Shown here: piece after piece, positions 18,102 to 28,194 of the stretch
Layout of the letters: each line of letters starts with the position of its first letter
How positions within the stretch are numbered: position 1 is the first letter of the stretch
Source: Alkalispirochaeta sp.
GTDB taxonomy: Bacteria; Spirochaetota; Spirochaetia; DSM-27196; Alkalispirochaetaceae
Direction: 5' to 3'
NCBI GenBank assembly: GCA_965601925.1
Contig: OZ271854.1
Coordinates: forward strand, 160,001 to 224,000
Length of the DNA: 64,000 nucleotides
Translations under genes and position numbers: made by a program
The notes under the pieces: generated by a model
Told to the model about the DNA's origin: nothing
The model's database searches: none
The model's input: only the letters and a program-made list of their open reading frames with translations

Positions 18102-19211
18102 ATGACCGAAGTGTGGGATGTAATAGTAGTCGGCGCAGGAATGGCGGGGCTGGCCGCGGCACACGAGCTTTCATCGGCGGGGCTGCGCGTCTTGGTGATA
18201 GACAAAGGGCGGCAAGTCGGCGGGCGCATGGCAAACCGGCGATTTCGGGGGATGCGTTTCGATACGGCGGCCCAGTTCTTCACCGCCCTCAGTGACGAGT
18301 TCTCCGAGTTGGTCGATCGAGCCGCCGAGGGGGGCGTTGTGGAACGGTGGTTTACCAAGCCGCCGCGTTCGTCGCGACAGGGTACCATTCCGGCGTGGCG
18401 CGGGGTCGACGCCATGACGGACCTTCCCAAATGGCTCGCCGCGTCGCTGCAGTCGCCCGAGGGGGAGGGCTCCGAGCCCGTGTCATTCGTACTGTCGCGC
18501 CGCGTGCTCTCCGTCTCGACGGTGGCGGGCGGTTTCGAACTCTCCGTTGCGCCTCCGGAGCACCGCGAAGCGGTGAGCGACACCTCGCCGGCATTCGCGA
18601 CCAGGAGCGTCATCCTCACCGCCCCGATCGATCAAGCGCGCCCCCTCGTGCCGAGCGAGATACCGTTGCCGCAGGGACTCGATCAGCTCTCATACCATCC
18701 GGGGTTGGCACTGCTACTCGAACTGGATAAGTATCCGTGCGGGATCATGGCTCGAGAGCACTACAGACGCTTTTTCTTCTGCGACGTGGAGTGGATCGCC
18801 GACAATCTTCGCAAAGGTCTCAGACCGGAATCCGAGGAGACTCTCTCCGGGGAACGATCCTACCTGACGGTGCATTTTTCCCCGGAGGTGAGTAGCGAAC
18901 TCTACGATCTCCGTCTCGACCGACTCGCGGGAAGCTTGGTCGAGCGTCTGGTAACGACGACGCTTCCCGAGGTCGACACCGAGGCGCAAGAGGCGTTGCG
19001 CGAGCTCGTACGCCGCGCCGCCGACCGCGGAGCGATACAGGTCAAGAAGTGGCGCTACGCACGCCCCGTGGCCGTCTGGCTCGAGTCCTCGGTACTTCTG
19101 GAACCGGGCATCGCGCTGGCCGGCGATACCTTCGGCGGCCCGCGCGTCGAGGGCGCGTTCCTCAGTGGACTGGACGCCGCGCGGTCGTTACGGGAGACGT
19201 ATTTATCGTGA
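18102..19211 (+). CDS. NAD(P)/FAD-dependent oxidoreductase (renalase-like)
   Basis: GAGMAG, DKGR.VGGRMA.R, FD.AAQFFT, KWRYA, AGD..GGPRVEGA..SG. Confidence 0.88.
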   Translation: MTEVWDVIVVGAGMAGLAAAHELSSAGLRVLVIDKGRQVGGRMANRRFRGMRFDTAAQFFTALSDEFSELVDRAAEGGVVERWFTKPPRSSRQGTIPAWRGVDAMTDLPKWLAASLQSPEGEGSEPVSFVLSRRVLSVSTVAGGFELSVAPPEHREAVSDTSPAFATRSVILTAPIDQARPLVPSEIPLPQGLDQLSYHPGLALLLELDKYPCGIMAREHYRRFFFCDVEWIADNLRKGLRPESEETLSGERSYLTVHFSPEVSSELYDLRLDRLAGSLVERLVTTTLPEVDTEAQEALRELVRRAADRGAIQVKKWRYARPVAVWLESSVLLEPGIALAGDTFGGPRVEGAFLSGLDAARSLRETYLS

Positions 19212-19678
19212 ACCTCCGGAGAAGAGGTTCGTCGTTGCGCGGGACGCTGAAGCGGACCGTCCGTCGCGACCTATCGCACGGACTGTACTGTGCGATGACC
19301 CTCGCGGTCGTCGCGCTGCTTGTGGGGTGCGCGACTATAGCTCCGGGGCGCTCTCGGTCCGGCAACGGTGCGAGTACGGTCGAGGGGACCGACGATACCG
19401 AGGAAGAGGCTCCGCTCTTTCAGACCTCCGAGGACTATTGGGTCCAAACACCGTGGTTCAGCGTCAGTTCGATCATCATTCGGGTACGTACCACGCAGCC
19501 CCGGACCGTCATCGTACTCCCGGAATCGTCGGTCATGCGCGACTACATGACGAACGACCGGAACGTCGTCTTCGACGCCGATTCGATACCCCACCGCATG
19601 CGCTTTCTCTTCGGCCTGGGAATCAAAACGGGTGATATCGATCCCTTCTTCGACCCCGACCGAATCGACCGTCCGTAG
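19208..19678 (+). CDS. Hypothetical lipoprotein
   Basis: GTGA overlap with the upstream gene; lipobox LLVG-C; alternative start ATG 19295. Confidence 0.55.
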   Translation: MNLRRRGSSLRGTLKRTVRRDLSHGLYCAMTLAVVALLVGCATIAPGRSRSGNGASTVEGTDDTEEEAPLFQTSEDYWVQTPWFSVSSIIIRVRTTQPRTVIVLPESSVMRDYMTNDRNVVFDADSIPHRMRFLFGLGIKTGDIDPFFDPDRIDRP

Positions 19679-19737
19679 CAGTTCGAATAGCACACCGGGA
19701 ACTACGGTTCCGATTGGAGGGCGCGAATACGCCGTCG

Positions 19738-21186
19738 CTACTGTTGCCGCCAAAAGCGTCCGGTGAAGAGCACCAGCACGGTGTAGATCTCAAGCCGCCC
19801 CAACATCATAACGAAGGTGAGATACACCTTAATCCAGTCGGGAAAGAAGGCGTAGTTCTGAGTCGGCCCTACTCCGCCGAAACCGGGACCGATGTTTCCG
19901 AGGGTCACCAACGCGGTACTGAGGGAGGTGAGAATGTCGTTTCCCGCCGCGGCGACCAGAACGGTGGTACATAGAATCAGCACCATGTACAGGGCGACGA
20001 ACCCGCTTATCGCGTAAACGATGTCTTTTCGCAGCCGCTCGCCGCTCAATCGAATCGAAAAGATACCGCGCGGATAGACGAGATAGCGCATCTCGTTCCA
20101 ACCCTGCTTTATCATCGTTACGACGCGCACGACTTTGATACCGCCTCCGGTCGATCCCGAGCTTCCACCGACAAACATGAGGACGAACAGCACGATTTGC
20201 GCCAGTTCGGACCAGACCGCGAAATCGGCCGTTGCATACCCCGTGGTAGTGAGAATACTGGCCACCTGAAACGCGCCGTATCGCAGCCCCGCCCCGAAAC
20301 CGCCGTACTCTCCCCGCAGGGCGAGTGCGGTAATGAGGCTGGCGACGACGAAGATACCGATGTACGCCCTCAACTCGCCGTCCTGGACGATCGAGCGAAA
20401 CCGTCGCGTCGCGATCTTGTAGTACAGGACGAAGTTGACGCCGGCGAGTACCATGAATACCGTAATTACGATATCGATGTACGCCGAGTCGTAGGCGCCG
20501 ACGCTCGCATTGCGCGGCGAAAACCCCCCCGTCGCCATCGTCCCGAAGGTGTGAGTCAGCGCATCGAAGAGGTTCATCCCCCCCAAAAGAAGCAGCACGA
20601 CCTCCACGACGCTCAAAAGGACGTAGGAAAGCCACAGAATCTTCGCCGTCTCGGTGATTTTTGGGGTGAGCTTGTCGACGCGCGGTCCGGGCGCCTCGGC
20701 CTTGATCAACTGCAGCCCTCGTATGCCCAAAAGGGGGAAAATAGCGACCGTCAACACGATGATCCCCATACCCCCGAGCCAATGCGTGAGGGATCGCCAG
20801 AACAAAATCGAGCGCGGCAGATCTTCGATACTGGTGAGGATCGAAGCTCCGGTCGTGGTAAAACCGCTCATCGTCTCGAAGAGCGCGTCGACGTAGGATG
20901 GAATCGCGCCGGACAGGACAAAGGGAATCGCACCCACCAACGAGGCAACGACCCATCCGACACTCACCATCAGAAACCCGTCGCGCGTCGACACCTCGTC
21001 GTAATCGCGCCCGGCGAAGTGTACGAACGCCGCAGCAAGGGGAACGATCACCGCAACGGGAAGCAAAAAGGCCCGAAACGTCCCCTCTTCGCCGTCCGTC
21101 AGCGCCCAGATTAGGGGCGTCACCATAAACGCACACACGACGATAACCAGGATCGCCACGAACCGTAGGACCAAACGGGCATTCAT
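19738..21186 (-). CDS. trkH: Trk potassium uptake permease
   Basis: FETMSGFTTTGAS, ATGGFS, TTTGY, GSTGGGIK, LGNIGPG, GRLE. Confidence 0.95.
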   Translation of the reverse strand: MNARLVLRFVAILVIVVCAFMVTPLIWALTDGEEGTFRAFLLPVAVIVPLAAAFVHFAGRDYDEVSTRDGFLMVSVGWVVASLVGAIPFVLSGAIPSYVDALFETMSGFTTTGASILTSIEDLPRSILFWRSLTHWLGGMGIIVLTVAIFPLLGIRGLQLIKAEAPGPRVDKLTPKITETAKILWLSYVLLSVVEVVLLLLGGMNLFDALTHTFGTMATGGFSPRNASVGAYDSAYIDIVITVFMVLAGVNFVLYYKIATRRFRSIVQDGELRAYIGIFVVASLITALALRGEYGGFGAGLRYGAFQVASILTTTGYATADFAVWSELAQIVLFVLMFVGGSSGSTGGGIKVVRVVTMIKQGWNEMRYLVYPRGIFSIRLSGERLRKDIVYAISGFVALYMVLILCTTVLVAAAGNDILTSLSTALVTLGNIGPGFGGVGPTQNYAFFPDWIKVYLTFVMMLGRLEIYTVLVLFTGRFWRQQ

Positions 21187-21262
21187 TACCCATCATCTCC
21201 GGTGCGTCGGCGACTACCGTGCAGAGCCCATCCGCGACGGCGCGCGCGCGCGACGGCGCCCA

Positions 21263-22651
21263 CTACGTAAAGATCTCCTGAACGCGATCGGCGTGCTCCT
21301 TTTTGGCCACAACGACGAGATGATCATTGCCGCGGATCACGTTACTGCCCCCGGGAACCAAACTCATACCGTCCCGTTCGAGCGCAACGATCAACGAGTC
21401 TTTGGGAAGCGAAAGATTCCGAATTGCCGTGCCGACGGCGCGGCTGTCGGAGCGTACCGTAAGCTCGATCGCCTCGATCTTACCGTCGCTGATCGTGTGG
21501 ATGCTTCGTACCGCCCCGCTTCGGATGAACCGCAGAATCGTCGTTGCGATCGCGCTCTTTTGACTCACGGGCACGTCGATACCGAGCTGCGAGGCGATCG
21601 GAGCGTAACTCGCCCGATTCACCAGCACGATCGAGCGCGTTACGCCCAAACTCTTGGCGTACAACGCCGTCACGATATTGAGCTCCTGGTTGTCGGTCGT
21701 GGCAATCACCAAATCGGAGTTGGCGAAGTGTTGCTCCTCGAAGACGCCGTCGTCGGAAATATCGGCATTGATGACCAGAGCGTCGGGAAACTCCTCGGAG
21801 AGCTTCTTGCACCGCCGGTAGTCTCTATCGACGATTTTGACGTACCGTTCGTTCCCGGCGAGCCGTCGCGCCACGCGCTGAAAGAGCGACCCGCGGGAGC
21901 CGGTAAGGAGGTGCCGCGCTACCTGTTGCCCGATGCGGCCGCCGCCCACGATGATAATGCGCTTGAGCTCGCTGCGGCCCTTCCCGAGGGTATCGAAGAT
22001 CCTCTCGAAGTCGGTCTCGTTAGCCACGAGATACAGAATGTCACTGCCCGATAGGCGCGTATCGCCGGAGGGAATGAGGTACCGATTCTCGCGAATCACG
22101 ACGGCGACGAGAAAGGAACCAGGCAACACCTGGGAGAGCTCTTGGAGCGAGCGCCCTGCCAGAGGGCCGTCGCGCTCGACCACGACGGTACGAATCTGCA
22201 TCGTCGACTGCTCGAAAGCCATGATGTCACTCACCGCACCGAAGTCCATGGCGCGTATAATCGCCTGAGCCGCCTCGATCTCGGGATTAACGACGAAATC
22301 TATGCCGAGAAAACGCTTCTCCGAGAGTTTGCCCGCGTGGTAGTCGACGCTGCGCACTCGCGCGATCTTCGCACGCACCTGAAACTCCGACGAGACGATC
22401 CCGCAGGCGATCATATTCACCTCGTCGGAGTCGGTCGCGGCGACGAAATAGTCGGCGGTCTCGGTGCCGGCGCGACGCAGGATCTCGTGATTCGTGCCCT
22501 CGCCGGTAACGACCATGCAATCCAGGAGGTCGGCTACTCGAGAGGCGATATCGGGATTCTTCTCGATGAGCACGACGTTTTTTTTCTCGCTGATGAGTTG
22601 TTTCGCGAGCTGAAAGCCGACGGCTCCCGCTCCGACGATCACAACCTTCAT
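21263..22651 (-). CDS. trkA: Trk potassium uptake NAD-binding subunit
   Basis: Two RCK N/C pairs, GAGAVG and GGGRIG; adjacent to trkH. Confidence 0.95.
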   Translation of the reverse strand: MKVVIVGAGAVGFQLAKQLISEKKNVVLIEKNPDIASRVADLLDCMVVTGEGTNHEILRRAGTETADYFVAATDSDEVNMIACGIVSSEFQVRAKIARVRSVDYHAGKLSEKRFLGIDFVVNPEIEAAQAIIRAMDFGAVSDIMAFEQSTMQIRTVVVERDGPLAGRSLQELSQVLPGSFLVAVVIRENRYLIPSGDTRLSGSDILYLVANETDFERIFDTLGKGRSELKRIIIVGGGRIGQQVARHLLTGSRGSLFQRVARRLAGNERYVKIVDRDYRRCKKLSEEFPDALVINADISDDGVFEEQHFANSDLVIATTDNQELNIVTALYAKSLGVTRSIVLVNRASYAPIASQLGIDVPVSQKSAIATTILRFIRSGAVRSIHTISDGKIEAIELTVRSDSRAVGTAIRNLSLPKDSLIVALERDGMSLVPGGSNVIRGNDHLVVVAKKEHADRVQEIFT

Positions 22652-22801
22652 GTCGATCGGTTATATCAGCGCGGCCGAGCGCTGTCAAATCATTGTGCAC
22701 CGCCCCACCGTTCGCCCGCTTGCATAGGCGCGTCGCCGGCGAACGGTCGCTCCTTGATGGCGCGACACAAAAGCAATACACTACATGACGTGGAACGAGC
22801 G

Positions 22802-23101
22802 ATGGATAAGGTAAACTACAAGACGATCGACGGAGAGCGAAAAGAGCACGACACGATCGTCTACGCCCTCTCGACGTGTGCGTTCTGTCGACGGGCAATC
22901 GAATATCTCAAAAAACAAAAAGTTCAGTTCCGTTATACCTATCTCGATCAAATCGATGTGGAGACCAAACGCTCGGTTAAACGCGAGTTGGCCGAGCGTT
23001 TTGACAATATCGTCGTGTTTCCGATCTTGGTTGTCGACGATCAGCGAGCATACTCGGGTTTCACCGAGTCGGTGTGGGCGCGGGCCTTAGATTTGGAGTA
23101 G
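22802..23101 (+). CDS. Glutaredoxin-like protein
   Basis: YALSTCAFC, VFP.L, GF; start re-assigned to ATG 22802. Confidence 0.85.
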   Translation: MDKVNYKTIDGERKEHDTIVYALSTCAFCRRAIEYLKKQKVQFRYTYLDQIDVETKRSVKRELAERFDNIVVFPILVVDDQRAYSGFTESVWARALDLE

Positions 23102-23111
23102 CAGCCCAACC

Positions 23112-23447
23112 ATGGCCGACCGCACCCTGGAACAGACCAGACAGTTTATCGAACGGGCGGCGCAGCGCAACGGGTGGGAGTCCAATCCCGACGAGGACTT
23201 TCGCGGGACGATCGCCGAGGGTCTCACCACCAACGCAAATCGCCACGGGTACTACCTGTGTCCGTGCCGCGACGGCGAGGGGAATCGCAAGGACGACGCC
23301 GATATCGTCTGTCCGTGTATCTACGCCAAACGAGATATCGAGGAGTACGGCCAATGCTTCTGCGGCCTCTTCCTCTCTCCCGCGAAGGCGCGCGAAACGC
23401 CGCTCGTCGTAGAACAGATACCCGAGCGTCGTCACCGGCTACACTGA
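23112..23447 (+). CDS. Ferredoxin-thioredoxin reductase catalytic-subunit family protein
   Basis: CPCR...CPC...QCFCGLF six-cysteine pattern. Confidence 0.9.
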   Translation: MADRTLEQTRQFIERAAQRNGWESNPDEDFRGTIAEGLTTNANRHGYYLCPCRDGEGNRKDDADIVCPCIYAKRDIEEYGQCFCGLFLSPAKARETPLVVEQIPERRHRLH

Positions 23448-23458
23448 GCGCCCGGCGG

Positions 23459-24526
23459 CTAATCCTCACACAAGTCGCGACAACGTTTCACAAACGCGTC
23501 GACCATGTCGTCGCTCGTATCCCATGAGATCATCAGACGCGCCATCGACCGTTCGGCATCCCACATGTAGAAACCGAACTCCTCTTGAAGCGTCGCCACC
23601 ACCGGGGGCGGCAACTCGACGAAGACGCCGTTGGCCTCTACCGGATGGGCGAGACGCACGCCGGGGATGCGCGAAAGACGCAGCGCGAGCTCGCCCGCAA
23701 GCGCGTTGGCGCGATGCGCATTTTCAAACCATATATCGCCGGCCAGGTACGACAAAAACTGCCCGGCGATATAGCGCATCTTGGAGTGGAGTTGCGTCGT
23801 CTGTTTGCGGAAAAAGGGAAAGAACCGTTCTAAATCGCGGTTGAAGAAGACGACCGCCTCTCCGAAGAGAAGCCCGTTCTTGGTCGCGCCGAACGACAAC
23901 ACGTCCACGCCGGCCTCCGATGTAATCGCACGCAACGCGCGGATCGGAGAGATCGATTCCCCCGCACGCACGGATCGGGTGTGGACCGTCGCCGCCGCAT
24001 TCGCGATCCGGGCACCGTCCATGTGGACGGTCATCCCCGCCTCGTGCGCGGCGGCGGTTAGCTCGCCGAGCGCCGAGGGCTCGTATATCGTTCCGACTTC
24101 CGTTGCTTGGGTAAGCGACACGACCGCCGGCTGGCTGGTGTGCTCGAACCCCAGGCGCGAGAGAAACGGCGTTATGTCGTCGGGCCTGAGACGACCGTCC
24201 TCGCGCGCAACCGGCAGGAGCTTGAATCCCCCGATCGCCTCCGGAGCGCCCCCTTCGTCTTCGTTGATGTGGGCCATCTCGGTGCAGATAACCGCCTCGA
24301 ACGGACGCGCCATGCAACGCAGAGCGCTCACGTTGGCTCCCGTGCCGTTGTAGACGAAATAGACGCCGCAATCGACGCCGAAGAGCTCCGCAAGCGCCTC
24401 CCTGGTCGCCTTGGTAACGGTGTCGGCACCGTAGGCCATCTCGTGCTCGCGCGAGAGTTCTTGCAATCCCGACAAGACGGCCGGGTGCGCCGCCGATGCG
24501 TTGTCGCTTGCGAAAAGCTCTCTCAC
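23459..24526 (-). CDS. ltaE: Low-specificity L-threonine aldolase
   Basis: FASDN, AYG.D, NGTGAN, HI..DE.GAPE, HMDGARIAN, GATKNG, SKMRY. Confidence 0.9.
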   Translation of the reverse strand: MRELFASDNASAAHPAVLSGLQELSREHEMAYGADTVTKATREALAELFGVDCGVYFVYNGTGANVSALRCMARPFEAVICTEMAHINEDEGGAPEAIGGFKLLPVAREDGRLRPDDITPFLSRLGFEHTSQPAVVSLTQATEVGTIYEPSALGELTAAAHEAGMTVHMDGARIANAAATVHTRSVRAGESISPIRALRAITSEAGVDVLSFGATKNGLLFGEAVVFFNRDLERFFPFFRKQTTQLHSKMRYIAGQFLSYLAGDIWFENAHRANALAGELALRLSRIPGVRLAHPVEANGVFVELPPPVVATLQEEFGFYMWDAERSMARLMISWDTSDDMVDAFVKRCRDLCED

Positions 24527-25788
24527 GACTCCGCCCCGTGTGCGGGCGACTCAGTCGGTGTCACGCCGTGATCCTCATCCCGCGCCTCGCGATCGTCGAA
24601 GAGCTCGCGCTCCAAGGCGATGAGCGCCGGATGGTCGGGTTCGAGCTTGTCGGCCATAGCGTAGTCGGCGCGCGCCGACTCGAGGTCGTCGAGGTCGCGG
24701 TAGAGCTGCGCTCGTGCAACCCTTGAGTCGATATGGTACGGGTCATATTCGAGGCAGCGCGAGAAATCCGCCAGCGCCGCATCCGTGCGGTCCAAGCTGC
24801 GATACACGACGCCGCGATAATAATACGCCTTGGTCGTCTGCGGTGAGAGACGAATCGTCGCGGAGAAGTCTTCGATTGCACCGTCGGAGTCACCGAGGGC
24901 GAAGCGCGCCATGCCGCGATGGCTGTGGATGATTGCGGCGATGTGCTCCGCCGGCTGATACGTGAGAATATCGGTGTACAACCGCGCCGCCCACTGGTAG
25001 TCCTTACGGTTGTGGGCGTGAAGCGCGTTAATGAGCATGCCGTCGATCGTATCGCTCCCGGTGTGGATCGACTCGACCTCCTCCGAGGGGTCGACATCGT
25101 GCGATTCGATACCGCTCGCCTGGGACCAGAACGTCTCACGGCGACGCATGAGTTTACTCTGCAGCGAACGCTGATAGTCGCGGATCTCCTGAAAGATGAT
25201 GTCCGATAGGGTCAGATTGGCGTTCAGCGCCGCCAGCTTTCGGCGGAGTTGCCGGTCGAGCGGGGTGAGTTCGGCTTTGTAGACCAACTCGTGCTCGACC
25301 TCGGCCCACGCATCCTGCAGGATGGTTCGAATCTGCACCTCACACGTCCAGCGCGTACCCAAATGGAAGCTGTCGCAGATATCGGCCGGCAGGCGTACCA
25401 GGAGATGAATCGACGAGTAACCGAACTCGGTCGTACCGAGATCCGATCCCTTGCGTTCGACTTCGGTGATGTCGAAGGCGTTGTGAAGCGTCTTCTCCAC
25501 GCGGCCGATGTCCTCTACAAAGGGACATACGACGCGTACTCCCATCAGATCGGTCACCTCGATCGTGTCGCCCGGGGCGAGCTCACGGGAACGGCGCAAT
25601 AACTTCTCGTAAATACTGTCAAACGTCTTAATGCGAAACTTGAGAGTGGGTCGCAATCCATCCTTTTCGACCGCGCGACGGATTCGCCGTTGCAACTCGT
25701 GGAGCGCCTTATCCAGGACGGTCGCGTGTTTGTCGTAGTCCTGCTGAATCTTCAGGCGCGAAGGAAGCGGAAGAGTATGGCGAAACAT
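24523..25788 (-). CDS. Small alarmone (p)ppGpp synthetase with C-terminal TPR repeats
   Basis: RIKTFDS, DLMGVRVV, GYSSIH, EVQIRT..Q.AWAEVEH..YK, then TPRs (AYYYRG); start re-assigned to ATG 25788. Confidence 0.9.
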   Translation of the reverse strand: MFRHTLPLPSRLKIQQDYDKHATVLDKALHELQRRIRRAVEKDGLRPTLKFRIKTFDSIYEKLLRRSRELAPGDTIEVTDLMGVRVVCPFVEDIGRVEKTLHNAFDITEVERKGSDLGTTEFGYSSIHLLVRLPADICDSFHLGTRWTCEVQIRTILQDAWAEVEHELVYKAELTPLDRQLRRKLAALNANLTLSDIIFQEIRDYQRSLQSKLMRRRETFWSQASGIESHDVDPSEEVESIHTGSDTIDGMLINALHAHNRKDYQWAARLYTDILTYQPAEHIAAIIHSHRGMARFALGDSDGAIEDFSATIRLSPQTTKAYYYRGVVYRSLDRTDAALADFSRCLEYDPYHIDSRVARAQLYRDLDDLESARADYAMADKLEPDHPALIALERELFDDREARDEDHGVTPTESPAHGAES

Positions 25789-25828
25789 GCGGCCATCATA
25801 GCACGTCTGGTAGTATTTTGAAGCGGCA

Positions 25829-26956
25829 ATGAACCGAGCGGAACGACTGTTTTTGGAGGGCGTCTTCCTCCTGACACTCCTTGGTATGAGTCTCGCATTC
25901 CTGCGATTGATGCAACCGTTTCTCCTATCCCTGTTTCTCGCATTGGTGTTCGCCAACATCTTTCGGCGGCCGTTCGGCTACCTACATGAGAAAACGGGCA
26001 AACCCCGACTGGCGGCGGCCCTCACGATCCTCCTGGTCTTTCTCGTGGTGGCGCTTCCGGTAACCGTCGTCGCCACGCTCGTCTCGACCGAGCTTGCCGA
26101 GGCGATCTCCAACATTCGCCAGGACTGGAACGACATTCAGTCGATGTTCGCCCTTTCGGAGACGATCGAGTGGCTGCGGACCGTACCGGTGATCGGCTCG
26201 ATCGCGGAACACGTATCGCCCGGAGAGCTCAACGAAACGTTGCGGGAATCGCTTCTGAGCATCAGCGACTCGCTGCTCTTTATATCGCAACGCTCCATCG
26301 GCAACGTGGCCGGCGCGGTATTCAACTTTCTCATTATTCTCCTGCTCGTGTTCTTCTTCCTGCTCGACGGCCCGCGAGTGGTGAAACATCTCTACGAAAC
26401 GATTCCGATGAGCAACGCCGAGATCGACCAAATCGCCGGAGAGACGTTCAACACCACCAGCGCCACGCTCATAAGCACGATCATTATCGGTTTGATGGAG
26501 GGCGGTCTCGCAACGGCACTCTTTCTGATTTTCGAGTTACCCAGTCCATTCTTGTGGGGAGTTATCACGATGGTACTCTCGATGATACCCCTTATCGGAA
26601 CGAACCTCATACTCATACCCGCGGGACTCATCACGATTATTGCCGGTCGTCCCGTCGCGGGTGTGTTAATCATCGTCTCTGGGGCAGTGGGCGTCGCCAT
26701 TACACAAAATGTCATAAAGCCCAAACTTCTCGGGGATCGTTCGGGTCTCCATCCGGCCCTCGCGCTCCTCTCGACGATCGGAGGTATCGCGTGGCTGGGC
26801 TTGATCGGATTCCTGGTGGGGCCCGTCCTCGCGGCGATCTTCATCGTGGTGTGGCGTCAGTTTGCACAACGCTACCGCGGTATGCTGAACGGAAAGAATA
26901 CGCTGCCGGGCGAGGCGGCCGACCGGTCGACGGAGCCGCACCCGGACTCAGAGTGA
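25829..26956 (+). CDS. AI-2E family transporter
   Basis: Multi-TM; FFFLLDG, IPLIG, NVIKPKLLG, LHP, GFLVGP. Confidence 0.92.
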   Translation: MNRAERLFLEGVFLLTLLGMSLAFLRLMQPFLLSLFLALVFANIFRRPFGYLHEKTGKPRLAAALTILLVFLVVALPVTVVATLVSTELAEAISNIRQDWNDIQSMFALSETIEWLRTVPVIGSIAEHVSPGELNETLRESLLSISDSLLFISQRSIGNVAGAVFNFLIILLLVFFFLLDGPRVVKHLYETIPMSNAEIDQIAGETFNTTSATLISTIIIGLMEGGLATALFLIFELPSPFLWGVITMVLSMIPLIGTNLILIPAGLITIIAGRPVAGVLIIVSGAVGVAITQNVIKPKLLGDRSGLHPALALLSTIGGIAWLGLIGFLVGPVLAAIFIVVWRQFAQRYRGMLNGKNTLPGEAADRSTEPHPDSE

Positions 26957-26985
26957 GTCCGCATCGCCGTCGGCGTCAACTCGAC

Positions 26986-28095
26986 CTACGTGTTGAACTT
27001 GAAAAACATCACGTCGCCGTCCCGTACGCGATAGCCCTTACCCTCTTGGCGCAACTTGCCCGCCTCGCGAACTTTCTGCTCGCTTTCGTAGGCGAAAAGG
27101 TCTTCCACGTGATACGTCTCGGCGCGGATGAATCCCTTCTGAAAATCGCTGTGAATTACTCCCGCCGCCTCGGGCGCCGTCGCCCCTTCGTGAAAGGTCC
27201 ACGCACGGATCTCCTTGGGGCCCGCGGTGAAAAAAGTACGTAATCCCAGCCCGGCGTACCCGCTTCGGATGAGCTGGGCGAGCCCCGGCTCCGAGAGCCC
27301 GGCATCTTCCAAAAAGGCACGCCGCTCCTCTTCGCTCTCGAGGGCGACGATCTCCTTCTCGAGCTGCCCGCAGATGCGCACCGCCTCCGCTCCCTCGCGT
27401 TCGGCGTACTCCCTGACCGCCGCCTCGTGGGGCGACGATCCATCCAGACCCGACTCGTCGACGTTGCATACAAAAAGCACCGGCTTCATCGTCAACAGGT
27501 GGAGATCGCGAATGAGAAGCCGCTCGTCGTCGGAGAGCTCGAGTCCACGCGCCGGACGCCCCTCTTGAAGCTCGGCCGAAAGTGCGTCGAGGAGCGGCTC
27601 CAGAGTACGTGAAGCGGCGACGACCGCTTTGTCATGGGACTTCAGCTCCTTGGCAAGGCGATCCCGGCGCCGGGTGACGGTCTCCAAATCGGCGAGGGCG
27701 AGTTCGATATCGATCGTCTCGATATCGCGCAATGCATTGACCGAACCGTCGACGTGGGTGATATCGTCATCCTCGAAACAGCGCACGACATGGGCGATGA
27801 TTCCCGTCTCTCGTATGTGGGCGAGGAACTGATTTCCTCTCCCCTCGCCCTTGCTGGCGCCCCGGACGAGACCGGCGATATCGACGAACTCGACTACCGT
27901 CGGTACGACCTTCTCGGTCGGTATGAGCTCGGAAAGGCGGTCCAGACGCGCGTCCGGTACCGGCACGACGCCCACGTTGGGATCGATCGTGCAAAAAGGA
28001 TAGTTCGCCGCCTCAGCGGGTACGGCGGTGAGAGCTGAGAATATGGTGGACTTGCCGACGTTGGGCAGGCCCACGATGCCGACGTTTACGGGCAT
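26986..28095 (-). CDS. ychF: Redox-regulated ATPase YchF
   Basis: GLPNVGKST, NYPFCTIDPN, DIAGLV.GAS.GEG, IHSDFQKGFIRAE. Confidence 0.97.
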   Translation of the reverse strand: MPVNVGIVGLPNVGKSTIFSALTAVPAEAANYPFCTIDPNVGVVPVPDARLDRLSELIPTEKVVPTVVEFVDIAGLVRGASKGEGRGNQFLAHIRETGIIAHVVRCFEDDDITHVDGSVNALRDIETIDIELALADLETVTRRRDRLAKELKSHDKAVVAASRTLEPLLDALSAELQEGRPARGLELSDDERLLIRDLHLLTMKPVLFVCNVDESGLDGSSPHEAAVREYAEREGAEAVRICGQLEKEIVALESEEERRAFLEDAGLSEPGLAQLIRSGYAGLGLRTFFTAGPKEIRAWTFHEGATAPEAAGVIHSDFQKGFIRAETYHVEDLFAYESEQKVREAGKLRQEGKGYRVRDGDVMFFKFNT

Positions 28096-28194
28096 GAAAT
28101 TCTTCCTTTCATCATAACTGCTCGGGTTCCGAGGCGGCGGAGTATAGCATAGAGCGGGAGCAAACCGCTATACTTCGCCGGTAGCGAGAAAAAT

